A stretch of 64,000 bases of DNA from Promethearchaeota archaeon. Lineage in GTDB: Archaea > Asgardarchaeota > Lokiarchaeia > Sigyniarchaeales > SOKP01. Positions 10,306-20,779 of this stretch are shown piece by piece. The stretch spans positions 340,112-404,111 of the forward strand of contig JAEOUA010000003.1 of assembly GCA_016839555.1 (NCBI GenBank), given 5' to 3'. The notes beneath the pieces were generated by a model, which worked only from the letters and a program-made list of their open reading frames with translations, was not told the origin of the DNA and made no database searches. The stretch's first letter is position 1. The number at the start of each line of letters is the position of its first letter. The position numbers were made by a program, and so were the translations under genes.

Positions 10306-11742
10306 TTATAAATTTGGTATTTTATCTTGCCAAGGTTGAATTTCTTCAAACGCTTTAGAGACTTGAAGTACAGTTTTTTCATCATAGCGCTTACCTACAA
10401 TTTGCATTCCAATTGGTAATCCATTTTTAGTCCAGCTCGCTGGAATTGTAGCTGCAGGTAATCCAGTCATATTAAATGGATAGGTAAATGTCATCCAGCT
10501 TACAATATTTAAAGGTCTGTTTCCAACTTTTGGAAAGACCGTTCCTGTCTCTAACCATTCTGGTTTAAATGCAGGACAAGGCAATGTTGGTGTAATTAAA
10601 AGGTCATAATTTTTGAAATATTCATACATTACCTCATATGTTCTTTTTCTAACCTCATTAGCTTTTCCAATACTAATTGAATCACAATCAAGACCGAATC
10701 TGATAGTCGCTACCAAATCAGGGGAGAGATCTTCAGGCCTTTTCTCATGATCGTTCTTTAAATCATATGCATACCCTATTCCTACTAAAGTTTTAAATGC
10801 TAATTCAGGGCTTCGTATTTTTATTTTTGCCTCTTCAACTTCCCAATTAAATTGTTCAAATTTTTGAACCTGGTTTAAGATGTTTTCTTCAATTTCCTCA
10901 TTAAGAGCTTTCCCAAACCCGAGACTCATTGAAAATCCAATTTTCAGTTTTTTTGGTTTTTCCTCTAATATTTCAACATAATCGAGATCATTATCAGGTA
11001 ATGAATTGTTGTCTGCAGGATGATATCCCTTCATCACATTTAGCATTAAGGCCGCATCTTTCACATATCTTACTATTGGACCATAATGATCCAATCCTAT
11101 GAAAGCAATTCCAATACGAGGGTAACTTGGAATACGTCCATAGGTGGGTTTTAATCCATAGACCCCACAGCAACTACTGGGTATTCTTATTGACCCACCA
11201 CCATCAGATCCTAATGCTAATGGTCCTAAACCGCTGGCGACCGCAGAGGCAGCACCTCCACTTGAGCCTCCTGAATTAGTATCTAAATCCCAAGGATTCC
11301 TTGTTTCTCCAAAAATTTTATTATTGGTAAGCGCAATATGTCCAAACTCAGGAGTATTAGTCTTCCCAAGAATTACACATCCAGCGTCTTTTAATCTTTT
11401 TACTGCAATATCATCTTGTTCCGGAATAAAATCCTCATATAATTTAGATCCATAGGTTGTTCTAATCCCTTTTGTTTGCATCAAATCTTTGATGGAGGTA
11501 GGGATACCATTTAATAGACCAATTTTTTCACCATTTTTAACTGCATCATCTGCTTTTTTGGCCATCTCTCGTGCCAAATCAAAAGTGGTGGTACAGTAGG
11601 CATTAACTTTTGGATTTATCTTTTCGATACGCTCAATAATTCGTTCAGTTATTTCTTGTGAAGTAATTTCTTGAGATTTAATTTTCTCTCTCATTTCATA
11701 AGCCGATAAATAACATAGATCTTCATTACTCATAGTGTTCAC
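10306..11742 (-). CDS. Amidase signature family protein
   Basis: IKD, GKTNTPEFG, GGSSGGAASAVA and GSDGGGSIRIPSS (Lys-cisSer-Ser triad). Confidence 0.92.
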   Translation of the reverse strand: MNTMSNEDLCYLSAYEMREKIKSQEITSQEITERIIERIEKINPKVNAYCTTTFDLAREMAKKADDAVKNGEKIGLLNGIPTSIKDLMQTKGIRTTYGSKLYEDFIPEQDDIAVKRLKDAGCVILGKTNTPEFGHIALTNNKIFGETRNPWDLDTNSGGSSGGAASAVASGLGPLALGSDGGGSIRIPSSCCGVYGLKPTYGRIPSYPRIGIAFIGLDHYGPIVRYVKDAALMLNVMKGYHPADNNSLPDNDLDYVEILEEKPKKLKIGFSMSLGFGKALNEEIEENILNQVQKFEQFNWEVEEAKIKIRSPELAFKTLVGIGYAYDLKNDHEKRPEDLSPDLVATIRFGLDCDSISIGKANEVRKRTYEVMYEYFKNYDLLITPTLPCPAFKPEWLETGTVFPKVGNRPLNIVSWMTFTYPFNMTGLPAATIPASWTKNGLPIGMQIVGKRYDEKTVLQVSKAFEEIQPWQDKIPNL

Positions 11743-12038
11743 TTCTCTTAATCATTATAAAAATTTTTGAAATTTATACCAATTAAAAATGAATTATTTT
11801 ATTATTAAATTGTTTTGCCTATTAATTTATAATTATTATAAATTAGATATAAAAAATTAAATGATGAAAATCAAAAGCTCGTATTAAAAGCTCTCTAAAT
11901 AAAAATGTTATTTTTAACAAAAAAGAGGTTATGTAATCTTTTGAATTAAAATAATAATCTTTTATTTAAATCCAGTTATATTTTAATTAATTTCTTATTT
12001 AAAGATCATAAAAAATACATTAATAATGAGGATTAAAT

Positions 12039-14051
12039 TTGAAGTTTTTTAAGCTATTTACGCCGTTTAAAATTAAGGATATGGTTATTTCAAACCGAAT
12101 TGTAATGCCCGCAATGCACCTAAATTTAGCAAAAAATGGGTTTATGACCAAAAAACTGGTTGCATTTTATGAAGAACGTGCTAAAGGGGGAGCAGGGATG
12201 ATTATTGTAGGAGGATGCTATGTCGATATTTATGGCAAAGGACTTCCATCTATGATTGCTGTAGATGATGATAAATTTCTGCCAAAATTAAAAAGGTTTA
12301 CAGAATCTGTTCATAAAGCAAGAGACGATGTAAAAGTCTGCTGTCAGCTGTACCATGGTGGAGCTTATGCTTTCCCACAAATTATTGGTAAGACACCTAT
12401 TGCTCCCTCTGCTGTTTATAGTAACTTTAGTAAGACCACGCCTAGAGCCATGACAATGGAAGATATCAATAGAGAGCAGCAAGCTTTTGTTGATGCTTCA
12501 TTAAGAGCAATAAAGGCAGGATTCGATGCTGTAGAGGTATGTGCAAATGCTGGGTATTTATTGGATCAATTCATCTCCCCTAAGACAAATAAGCGCACGG
12601 ATAAGTATGGAGGAGACCTTGAAAATCGCTTAAGGTTTCCAATTGAAACTCTTGAACAAATTCGTTCGAATATAGGAGATTTTCCATTAGGCTATAGAAT
12701 TTCGGGAGACGATTTCGTTCCTGGAAGTAATACTTATAAGGAGAAAGTAGTTGTTGCAGAAGAACTGGCACCATATCTTGATTATTTTAATGTGACTGGG
12801 GGTTGGCATGAAACGAAGGTTCCACAACTTACTATGGATGTACCAGAGGGTTGTTATACCTATTTAGCAGATATGATTAAGAAGCGGGTCTCAATTCCGA
12901 TATTTTCGTCTAATAGAATAAATAATCCAGAACTTGCAGAACAAATTTTAATGGCTGGGAAGGCTGATGCTGTGTGTATGGGTCGAGCATTAATTGCAGA
13001 TCCTTATTTACCCATAAAAGCTAAGAAAGGGGAATTAAGAGATATAATGAAGTGTATAGCATGCAATCAAGGATGCTTTGATAATGTCTTTCGAATGATG
13101 CCAGTAACATGCACAAGAAATGCCAGAGCAGGAAATGAAGCACAAAGAGAATTAAGGCCCCTTGATGAAAAGAAAAAGATAATGGTAGTAGGTTCTGGAC
13201 CTGCAGGCTTAGAGGCAGCCAGAGTTGCAGCAATCAGAGGTCATGAAGTTCATATTTTTGAAAAAGATGACAAGATTGGAGGCTTGTTGAATCTTATCTG
13301 GATTCCACCAGGAAGAAACGAGTTTAAGAGGATGATCGAAGATTATGGTTATTGGATTCAAAAATATGGAATAAAAGTTCATTTAGAACAAGAGGTCGAT
13401 GTAAATACCGTTCAAGAATTTGATCCCGATGCAATATTTACCGCAACAGGATCGATACCAATCAAACCTCCCATTAAAGGAATTGATCGCGAAAATGTGT
13501 ATTGGGCAAATGAGGTATTTAGTGGTGATGCTCCAGTTGGTAAAAATAACGTTGTTATCGGAGGAGGCGCTACTGGGGTTGAATGTGCATTGTATTTAGC
13601 TAAGTTTGGAACCTTAGATCTTGAAGCTCTGGATTTTCTATTATTTTATAATGCACTTACTCCCGAAAAGGCCTTGGAAATGCGATATACAGAAAGAAAT
13701 AAGGTTACTGTTCTTGAAAGATTACCAAAATTAGGAAGCGCCTTAGGTAAAACAACTAAGTGGGTTTTATTAGATAAATGTGATGCGTTTGGAGTGAATT
13801 TTCTTACTAATGTGAATGTCACAGAAATTGGAGATAATTATGTCAATTATATTGATGCCTCCGGAAATGAAAATGCAGTTAATGATGTTGATTACGTGTA
13901 TTACGCAACAGGAGTGAGATCAAATGATACTCTCTTTAAAGAACTTAAAGAGCTAGAAAAATACGAATTAGAGAATGTTGGAGACGCAAGAAAACCAGAA
14001 ACAGTATTAGAAGCGGTAGCTATTGCCTACAAGAAAGCCAATAGAATATAA
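12039..14051 (+). CDS. NADH:flavin oxidoreductase, 2,4-dienoyl-CoA reductase (FadH)-like
   Basis: OYE barrel (GYLLDQFISP.TN.RTD.YGG), CIACNQGC Fe-S motif, and GSGPAGLEAA and GGGATG Rossmann motifs. Confidence 0.88.
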   Translation: MKFFKLFTPFKIKDMVISNRIVMPAMHLNLAKNGFMTKKLVAFYEERAKGGAGMIIVGGCYVDIYGKGLPSMIAVDDDKFLPKLKRFTESVHKARDDVKVCCQLYHGGAYAFPQIIGKTPIAPSAVYSNFSKTTPRAMTMEDINREQQAFVDASLRAIKAGFDAVEVCANAGYLLDQFISPKTNKRTDKYGGDLENRLRFPIETLEQIRSNIGDFPLGYRISGDDFVPGSNTYKEKVVVAEELAPYLDYFNVTGGWHETKVPQLTMDVPEGCYTYLADMIKKRVSIPIFSSNRINNPELAEQILMAGKADAVCMGRALIADPYLPIKAKKGELRDIMKCIACNQGCFDNVFRMMPVTCTRNARAGNEAQRELRPLDEKKKIMVVGSGPAGLEAARVAAIRGHEVHIFEKDDKIGGLLNLIWIPPGRNEFKRMIEDYGYWIQKYGIKVHLEQEVDVNTVQEFDPDAIFTATGSIPIKPPIKGIDRENVYWANEVFSGDAPVGKNNVVIGGGATGVECALYLAKFGTLDLEALDFLLFYNALTPEKALEMRYTERNKVTVLERLPKLGSALGKTTKWVLLDKCDAFGVNFLTNVNVTEIGDNYVNYIDASGNENAVNDVDYVYYATGVRSNDTLFKELKELEKYELENVGDARKPETVLEAVAIAYKKANRI

Positions 14052-14144
14052 AGTATTTTCTTTCTAAATATTTACTTTTTTAAATTTTTTTAAAAACCCT
14101 TTTAACAATAATTATTAATTAGATAAAGAAAGGCGTATTTTGAA

Positions 14145-15014
14145 ATGAGATCAGACAAGCAACATTTTAAAGAAAAATATATTCAAATAAATGGTATTAA
14201 AATTCACACAGTTATTGCTGGAGAAGGAGAGTCAATAATATTGCTTCATGGGTTTCCAGATTTTTGGTACGGTTGGAAGAAGGTTATGGATGGATTAAAA
14301 AAGGATTTTCAATTAATTGTTCCGGATTTAAAAGGGTTCAATTTATCAGATAAGCCAACAGATGTAAAAGAATATGATTTAGCTATCTTAGTGAATGATA
14401 TTAAAAATTTAGCCAGTAAGCTTAACGTAGATAAATTTAGCTTAGCAGGACACGATTGGGGTGGTATAATTGCTTGGGGTTTTGCCGAGAAATATCCCGA
14501 ATTATTACGTAAATTAATTATTCTGAATGCCCCACATTATAAAGTGTTTAGAAAAAAGATAAAAGAGCATGAGACTCAAAGGCGCGCCAGTGGGTATATT
14601 TTACAACTAATTCAACCGAACAGTGATGAACTTCTTAAAAGAAATGATTATCAAATGCTTAAATTTGCAGTCTTCCAAAATGCTCGTAATAAAGATGCCT
14701 TTTCTCAGGAAGATAAAGAAAAATATCTTGAAGCCTGGGCTCAACCGAATGTTTTAAAAACCTCAGTAAATTATTACCGAGCAAATAGAAGGTATGAAGA
14801 ATGGTCTGGAATAATAAAAGTTCCGACTTTAGTCATTTTTGGTATGAAGGATAACTATATTAAGCCATTAGTACTGGAGGGACTCTCTGAATACGTTAAT
14901 AATTTAAAAATAGTAAAAGATGCAGAATCATCACATTGGATCATGCATGATAATCCAGAACTAGTCGTTTCAAGTATTCGATACTTCTTAAAAGAACCGA
15001 AAGAAAACCCATAA
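14145..15014 (+). CDS. Alpha/beta hydrolase, epoxide hydrolase-like
   Basis: LLHGFPDFWY, GHDWGG, NYYRA, SHW. Confidence 0.9.
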   Translation: MRSDKQHFKEKYIQINGIKIHTVIAGEGESIILLHGFPDFWYGWKKVMDGLKKDFQLIVPDLKGFNLSDKPTDVKEYDLAILVNDIKNLASKLNVDKFSLAGHDWGGIIAWGFAEKYPELLRKLIILNAPHYKVFRKKIKEHETQRRASGYILQLIQPNSDELLKRNDYQMLKFAVFQNARNKDAFSQEDKEKYLEAWAQPNVLKTSVNYYRANRRYEEWSGIIKVPTLVIFGMKDNYIKPLVLEGLSEYVNNLKIVKDAESSHWIMHDNPELVVSSIRYFLKEPKENP

Positions 15015-15116
15015 TTCTTTAATTTTTTTATAATTGTATAAAATTAAGATTAAACTTTTTAATTTTATAAAAATATATTTAAATTATAAAGATTATAATA
15101 ATTAAGGAGAATTAAA

Positions 15117-15680
15117 ATGGCTGAAGAAATTGAAGAGAATCAAGTGGATATCCGTGAATTATTTTTTGATATCCTTGATCTCGTGAAATTTGAACTCAAA
15201 TTTTATAAATATAAAGAGAGCCCGATGTTTGAACGTATTGTGAAAACGAGAGTATTCCAAAATAAGCTTCAAAAGCTTAAGGACTTTATTTCAAGTTATT
15301 TCGAAATCATGTATGATAATAAAGAGAGTCCAATTAATCAGGCAGCGTTGCAAACACAATTGGAAAATATTGCCAGACTTACTAATTATTATAATGATCT
15401 TAGTAATTTTTATAAAGATTCAACCAAGGATCTCATCACAAAAAATAAAGTATTGGAATTAATTGAATATTCACATATAGAAATTCTTTTCCTCATATTT
15501 ACAAACATTTTGGACTGGGAACATTATAAATCATCTCTACTATTCCCGACAGATAAAGACAAAGAAAAAATGTTAAAAGAGTTTTTAAATAAACTTGCAA
15601 GCAGTGAGATCAAAGAGATCGAAGACATAATCGATTTAGAAATGTCAATAGATAGATTTATTGAAGGAATAACATCTTAA
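15117..15680 (+). CDS. Hypothetical protein
   Basis: 187-aa ORF preceded by AGGAG. Confidence 0.7.
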   Translation: MAEEIEENQVDIRELFFDILDLVKFELKFYKYKESPMFERIVKTRVFQNKLQKLKDFISSYFEIMYDNKESPINQAALQTQLENIARLTNYYNDLSNFYKDSTKDLITKNKVLELIEYSHIEILFLIFTNILDWEHYKSSLLFPTDKDKEKMLKEFLNKLASSEIKEIEDIIDLEMSIDRFIEGITS

Positions 15681-15874
15681 TTTTCTATTATATACTTCTT
15701 TAGTTTAGAGATCAGGATTACCCTTAATTTTTTTCTTTTTTCCATTTTAATCATAAAAATAATTTAAATGATTTTTTGACCATATTATAATTTAAATGTG
15801 AAAATTAATTACTTGATATGAGGTATTTTGTTTATATATTTATTTTAAGGAATAAAAATTAGAGTTAGGATTGA

Positions 15875-16186
15875 ATGGAAGAAGATTGTATTAATAAAAT
15901 TTTAGATTTTTATAATAAACAACAGAAGGACTTAAAATTTGATGTTAAGAGTGAAAAATGGATCCATAATTCAAAATATTTAATGATTTTAATGGATAAT
16001 TTGGATAAAAAAATGGAAAATTATAGAACTATAAGGAATTGCTTAATTCTTCTTATAAATTTATGTTTCGATATAGAAAATGCCGATATATATCAAGGTC
16101 GGGGCAGATCTACAAGAGATCTTGATAATTCAGAAAAGGCAAAATATAAGTCTTTATTGAGAGAAGAACATCAAAGTTCAAAATAA
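15875..16186 (+). CDS. Hypothetical protein
   Basis: 103-aa ORF with an ATG start. Confidence 0.55.
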   Translation: MEEDCINKILDFYNKQQKDLKFDVKSEKWIHNSKYLMILMDNLDKKMENYRTIRNCLILLINLCFDIENADIYQGRGRSTRDLDNSEKAKYKSLLREEHQSSK

Positions 16187-16279
16187 AATCTTCTCATATT
16201 CATTAAAAATCCCTTCTCACTTTTTAATAAAAAACTTTTAAAAATTGATGAGAATAATTTTTAAAATTATAATACAACA

Positions 16280-18457
16280 TTAAAATACATTTAATTTATG
16301 AAGTTCGTATAATTCATCAAAATCTTCAAATATATCATCAATTTCTCTTAATAAGAGAGTTAATTTCTTTTTTGTTGATTTATCTTCTCCAAAAGTGTCC
16401 AATATAATTTTATCTAAATTTACTTTATATTCTGAAGTAAGGTTAGAGATCTTCTCTAAATCGTTTCTAGAAATGCCTTGATCCTCTAATTTTTCGAGAA
16501 TATCTTCCATTTGGTTTTTTAAACTGACACAAGCCCATAAGGCATTGGTAGATTTTTTATATAACTTTTTTTCTTTCTCATAAGCGATGGAATCTTCATC
16601 TGAAAGATCGGTTCTTATACCAAGATCTTCAATCCTTTCATTTAATAAATGCTTCACACGATGATAAATCTCTATCGCTCTGTAAATTTTTCTTAAGGAG
16701 TTTAAAAGATTATATTTTCTTAATAATGCTGCATCAACGATCTTTAAATAGGCAGTTTCATAATAGGTTTGAATCGTACCAAAAGTAGATTTCGGTACTG
16801 ATTCTCCAATTTTTAATTTAATCTGATCTAAATCGTCTTTTAATCTTGTTTTTTCTGCATGAGTAATTTTTTTATGGTCAAACCTTTTATAAATACTTTT
16901 TGCATCTGATTTGATCCTAAGAGCTTGATTTTTTAGTTTCTTGGCTTGTTCTTCAACATTAGTAAGGCTTTTCCTTTCCCCTTTCTTCTCACAAAAATCC
17001 AATATGGAAATAGCATCATCCAATAGATCAAAAACTTTGTTGTGATTTTCATTTAAATAATATTTAGTATCTTGGATTTTTTGAATTGCTCTATCCATCT
17101 GGATTTCTAATTCAAACACATAATCAATCAATGTGGTTTGTCTCCTCTCTTTTAAGATATATGATTTCTCCCTCATATCTTCTACTACTACTTTAATTGT
17201 TAGATACCACAAAATGCCAGCAGGAATCCAAAATAAAATGGTAATTAATACCATGTTAAAAATACTTCCGAATACTGAAATTAAGAAAGATGATAAAAGA
17301 AGCGTGAGACCCTTGCCTATTTGTTCAGATAAGTTAAATAAAGATGTCGCAGTGCCTTTATGTTCGGGTAAATTCACATCGATCATAATGGCACGTTTAT
17401 TTGCGACTGGTCCAGAGCTCAAGGTTGAGGCGATTAATGCGAAAATAAAAAAATAAATATAGCTTGGATATACACGAAATATTTCTATAATAGATAATAA
17501 AATATAGGTCCAAATCTCTTGTGTTGGTATTATCAGCGGATAAGCTACATTGAGCTTATTAGCATCTATAGGTTGAATAGAAAGCATAGTTAAAAAGCAA
17601 AAAGGAATTGTTAAAAACATACATATAGTAGCGAGTCGAGTTCTATTCTTTTCATTCTTCCTAAATAACACATCACCTAGATAAGAGAGGAAAATATTTC
17701 CCAAAACATAGCCGACCCCAACCATTCCAGCGAAAATTGTAGATGTTTGAAGGCGTATTACTTCGGGTAATTCATTAAAATAATGAAGATTCAACATTGA
17801 AGTTAAAAAGTAAATTAAAACTGTTCCAGGAATAATAGCAAAAAATCCTTGTATTGTTAAATAGAGATTAGTTTTTTTACTAAAGATTTCTGTTAAATCA
17901 TCCTTAGAAATTCTATAGCTATATTCTAAATTTAGCTCACTTAATTCTGTTAATTCGGTTTCTTTAGCACCTCTCGAAGGTAATTTAATAAAAAACATAA
18001 GAAATACAATCGCAATAGAAATGCCTGCCATTAATAAAAAAGGAAATCGCCAAGAAAAAACAGGACCTAAGAAAGAGGATAATCCTTGACCAATGGCGTT
18101 AGAAGCTGAACTTAATATAGCAATCCATCCGAACCAACCTGAACGCTCTTCAGGTGGTATTGCATCAGATAATATAGAATATCCCACAGGTAAAACACAT
18201 CCTAAACCCGCCCCGCTTATTAAACGAGAAATCATTATCATTGGTAATCCCGTTGAAAATCCTGTTAAAAGCATTCCTATTGTCCATGAAAACCCTCCCG
18301 CTAAAATTAATTTTGTTCTATTAATCCGGTCAGTAAAATAGCCCCATATCAACGCAAACGCGGCGCTTATTAAAACAAATAACGAATCTGGAATTGCTAA
18401 TAACTCTTCTGGAATTCCAAATTCTTTTTTAATTGCCCCATACGCGGGTATGAGCAT
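16280..18457 (-). CDS. MFS transporter fused to a long C-terminal soluble helical domain (true start probably upstream, up to 18565)
   Basis: WGYFTDRINRTK motif A, RLISGAGLG, SDAIPPEERS and WRFPF, followed by roughly 290 hydrophilic helical residues. Confidence 0.85.
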   Translation of the reverse strand: MLIPAYGAIKKEFGIPEELLAIPDSLFVLISAAFALIWGYFTDRINRTKLILAGGFSWTIGMLLTGFSTGLPMIMISRLISGAGLGCVLPVGYSILSDAIPPEERSGWFGWIAILSSASNAIGQGLSSFLGPVFSWRFPFLLMAGISIAIVFLMFFIKLPSRGAKETELTELSELNLEYSYRISKDDLTEIFSKKTNLYLTIQGFFAIIPGTVLIYFLTSMLNLHYFNELPEVIRLQTSTIFAGMVGVGYVLGNIFLSYLGDVLFRKNEKNRTRLATICMFLTIPFCFLTMLSIQPIDANKLNVAYPLIIPTQEIWTYILLSIIEIFRVYPSYIYFFIFALIASTLSSGPVANKRAIMIDVNLPEHKGTATSLFNLSEQIGKGLTLLLSSFLISVFGSIFNMVLITILFWIPAGILWYLTIKVVVEDMREKSYILKERRQTTLIDYVFELEIQMDRAIQKIQDTKYYLNENHNKVFDLLDDAISILDFCEKKGERKSLTNVEEQAKKLKNQALRIKSDAKSIYKRFDHKKITHAEKTRLKDDLDQIKLKIGESVPKSTFGTIQTYYETAYLKIVDAALLRKYNLLNSLRKIYRAIEIYHRVKHLLNERIEDLGIRTDLSDEDSIAYEKEKKLYKKSTNALWACVSLKNQMEDILEKLEDQGISRNDLEKISNLTSEYKVNLDKIILDTFGEDKSTKKKLTLLLREIDDIFEDFDELYELHKLNVF

Positions 18458-18770
18458 GTATGCGCAAGTTATAGAAATAAATAGAAGTACGCATACTAAA
18501 ACAATGGGAATTAAATCATTTTTCTTGATTTTCGTGAGCGGAATATCTCTTTTCTCTTTTTTAATTTAATTCAAATTAAATTAATTAAGAAATTATACCT
18601 AAAAAAATTTTAATATAGGTAATTAAATAGGTTTTTTTATTATATTTTTATTTTGTGTGTAAATCTTATTTTCATTTAAAGTTTTTAAATTTTAAATCAG
18701 TAGGGATTTTTCAATCTTTCGATTATTGTTTTTAGTAGGAAAAATTATTAAAAATAAGAAGTATAGTTCT

Positions 18771-20186
18771 CTAATTTTTATTCTTGTCTCGATAAAGAAA
18801 TATAAATATCGAAATTTCAATAATAATAAAAGCAATTAAAGAGAATATTTCTTTTTCTATATTGATTATAGTATAGATAAATAAAACAATAAATAATAAG
18901 GCGGTTCCAGCCATTCCTATGATTGGAAAAATTATATTGCTATTAGTTGATTTTCTTGCTTTATAATTAGAAAAATTAATGATAAAAAATATCTGGGCAA
19001 AAATAAGTCCTGCTATACCTGCTATAGCTAACGCCCCTCCTGTGAAAATGGTTAATAATATACTCACTATACTTGTTAATATAATTGAGTTATAGGGAAC
19101 TTTATTTTTACTCATTTTTGAAAATTTGCTAGGTATTACATTGTCTTTAGCCATTTTATAGGCAAGACGAGAGGATCCTATAATGGTTGCATTCATGGCA
19201 CTTAAAGTTGCCAATAAAGCACAGACACTTATAATAATTAATCCTATTATTCCTAAGGCTTTTTGTGCCGCTAACGCAATCGATACTTCCTTTAGATGAC
19301 CTCCTTGATTTAGAATACCGGAAACACCTAATATCGCCATGCTTGAAAAAGCAGTTAAAATATAAACTATCATGGAAACAACAAGCGACCATTTCATCAT
19401 TGACAATCCTTTCTCCCTATCTTTCATTTCATGAGAGCCATATGCAATGAGCTGAAAACCTTCATATGAAATGATTATCGATGCACTTCCAAATAAAATC
19501 CCGAGAAAATTCATATTTGAGAACGAATCTATATCTAATCCTTCATTTTCTAAAAAAATTTCCATATTTTGGGATGAATAAAGTAATCCCGAGATAATAA
19601 ATAAACTAAGAATCATTAAAATAGAAATTACTAAAATATTTTGTAGTCGAGAAGATTCCTTCACTCCTTTTAAATTTAAAATCGTAATGAAAATAAATAT
19701 AATAAAAACAATAATAGATATCAATAAATAATTGAATTCCAAATTAAAAAGATAAATAAAATACACGCTAAATGTATAAGCATATAGAGCCATTGTTGCG
19801 ATATAGCCAAAATAGATCAAAAGTCCAGCAAATTTTCCCATTTCCTTCAAATTTGAACTTGATAAAGCCTTTTGTATGCATGTAAATTCTCCCCCAGGAG
19901 TAGACCATTTTAAATTTAATTTATGATAAGAATATACCGTAAATAGAGTAATTATTCCCGTAATCAGATATGATAAATATGTATAAGGCCCCGTATATTC
20001 TGTTATTGCCCCTATTACGCTAAATATTCCTCCACCAACTAGCCCTCCAATACCAATCATCAGGCAGCTAAATTTACTTAGGTGTTGATGAAAATCTTTC
20101 TCATCGTCTTCCTTCTCTTTTTGTTCTTTTTGATCTACTATAACCGGTTTTTCATATTGTTCTTTTTCTAGCATGTATACTTTCAC
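18771..20186 (-). CDS. APC family amino acid permease
   Basis: IGGLVGGGIF, SYEGFQ, SSRLAYKMAKDNVIP; about 12 hydrophobic segments. Confidence 0.88.
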   Translation of the reverse strand: MKVYMLEKEQYEKPVIVDQKEQKEKEDDEKDFHQHLSKFSCLMIGIGGLVGGGIFSVIGAITEYTGPYTYLSYLITGIITLFTVYSYHKLNLKWSTPGGEFTCIQKALSSSNLKEMGKFAGLLIYFGYIATMALYAYTFSVYFIYLFNLEFNYLLISIIVFIIFIFITILNLKGVKESSRLQNILVISILMILSLFIISGLLYSSQNMEIFLENEGLDIDSFSNMNFLGILFGSASIIISYEGFQLIAYGSHEMKDREKGLSMMKWSLVVSMIVYILTAFSSMAILGVSGILNQGGHLKEVSIALAAQKALGIIGLIIISVCALLATLSAMNATIIGSSRLAYKMAKDNVIPSKFSKMSKNKVPYNSIILTSIVSILLTIFTGGALAIAGIAGLIFAQIFFIINFSNYKARKSTNSNIIFPIIGMAGTALLFIVLFIYTIINIEKEIFSLIAFIIIEISIFIFLYRDKNKN

Positions 20187-20532
20187 TCGTTTTATATTTT
20201 ATAAAAGCAGTGAATATAAAACTGAATATTTTTTTACTTTATATCCTATACCTATTTTTTGGAAGTAAACAACTTTTAAAATAGGTTATAAGAGAGGGGT
20301 TATTTGCGCTACATAAGTCATTATATTGTTTTGATACATTGAGTATATCAAAAATCAATTAAGTAAAATATTCATTTAATATATTCTTAATTGGATAGAA
20401 TAATTAAAATAATAATTAAATCTTTTCTATTCCGCCTAAATTTTGTAAAAAATAGGATATCTCTTCAAGACATTAGATTTAGTAATTAAAATTTAGTCCA
20501 TGTTGAAATCCGTAAAAATATAAAGAGTTAAA

Positions 20533-20646
20533 TGGGGACTGAGGGATTCGAACCCCCGATCTTCAGCTCACTCCCTTCCCTTTGCTTTTGGGTTAATTGC
20601 TTCGGGTTCTGGAGGCTGTCGCGCTACCGTGCTACGCCAAATCCCC
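20533..20646 (-). tRNA. tRNA-Trp(CCA) with a 40-nt intron at 37/38 (20569-20608)
   Basis: Acceptor stem GGGGATT/AGTCCCC plus A; anticodon CCA at 20612-20610; T-arm GGGGGTTCGAATCCCTC; CTCC/GGAG central helix with AGA and TGA bulges. Confidence 0.92.
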
Positions 20647-20779
20647 CTCTTATCTATAAATACAAATAGTTATACTATTATTGTTAATTTTTAATAATAT
20701 TTGAAATTTTTTTTATTTTAAAATTTGCTGATGAAAAGAACTAAAAATTGTTATATATATCCGGAGAGAGATAAAGATT

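Noticed and set aside
10306-11742. Amidase as GatA (tempting because gltX is nearby)
   Set aside because: It has GKTNTPEFG rather than the GatA-type GKTNMDEFAMGS, and no gatB or gatC is adjacent.
11861-11900. ATGATGA followed by repeated AAAAGCTC as a C/D sRNA
   Set aside because: No CTGA box D at a suitable distance.
20329-20353. Imperfect palindrome TTTTGATA...TATCAAAA upstream of the APC permease gene
   Set aside because: Eight-bp AT-rich arms are expected by chance in this composition, and I found no supporting second site.
4944-20646. Integrated element at either tRNA
   Set aside because: I saw no integrase and no duplicated tRNA 3' end (att site); the flanking genes are ordinary metabolic genes.
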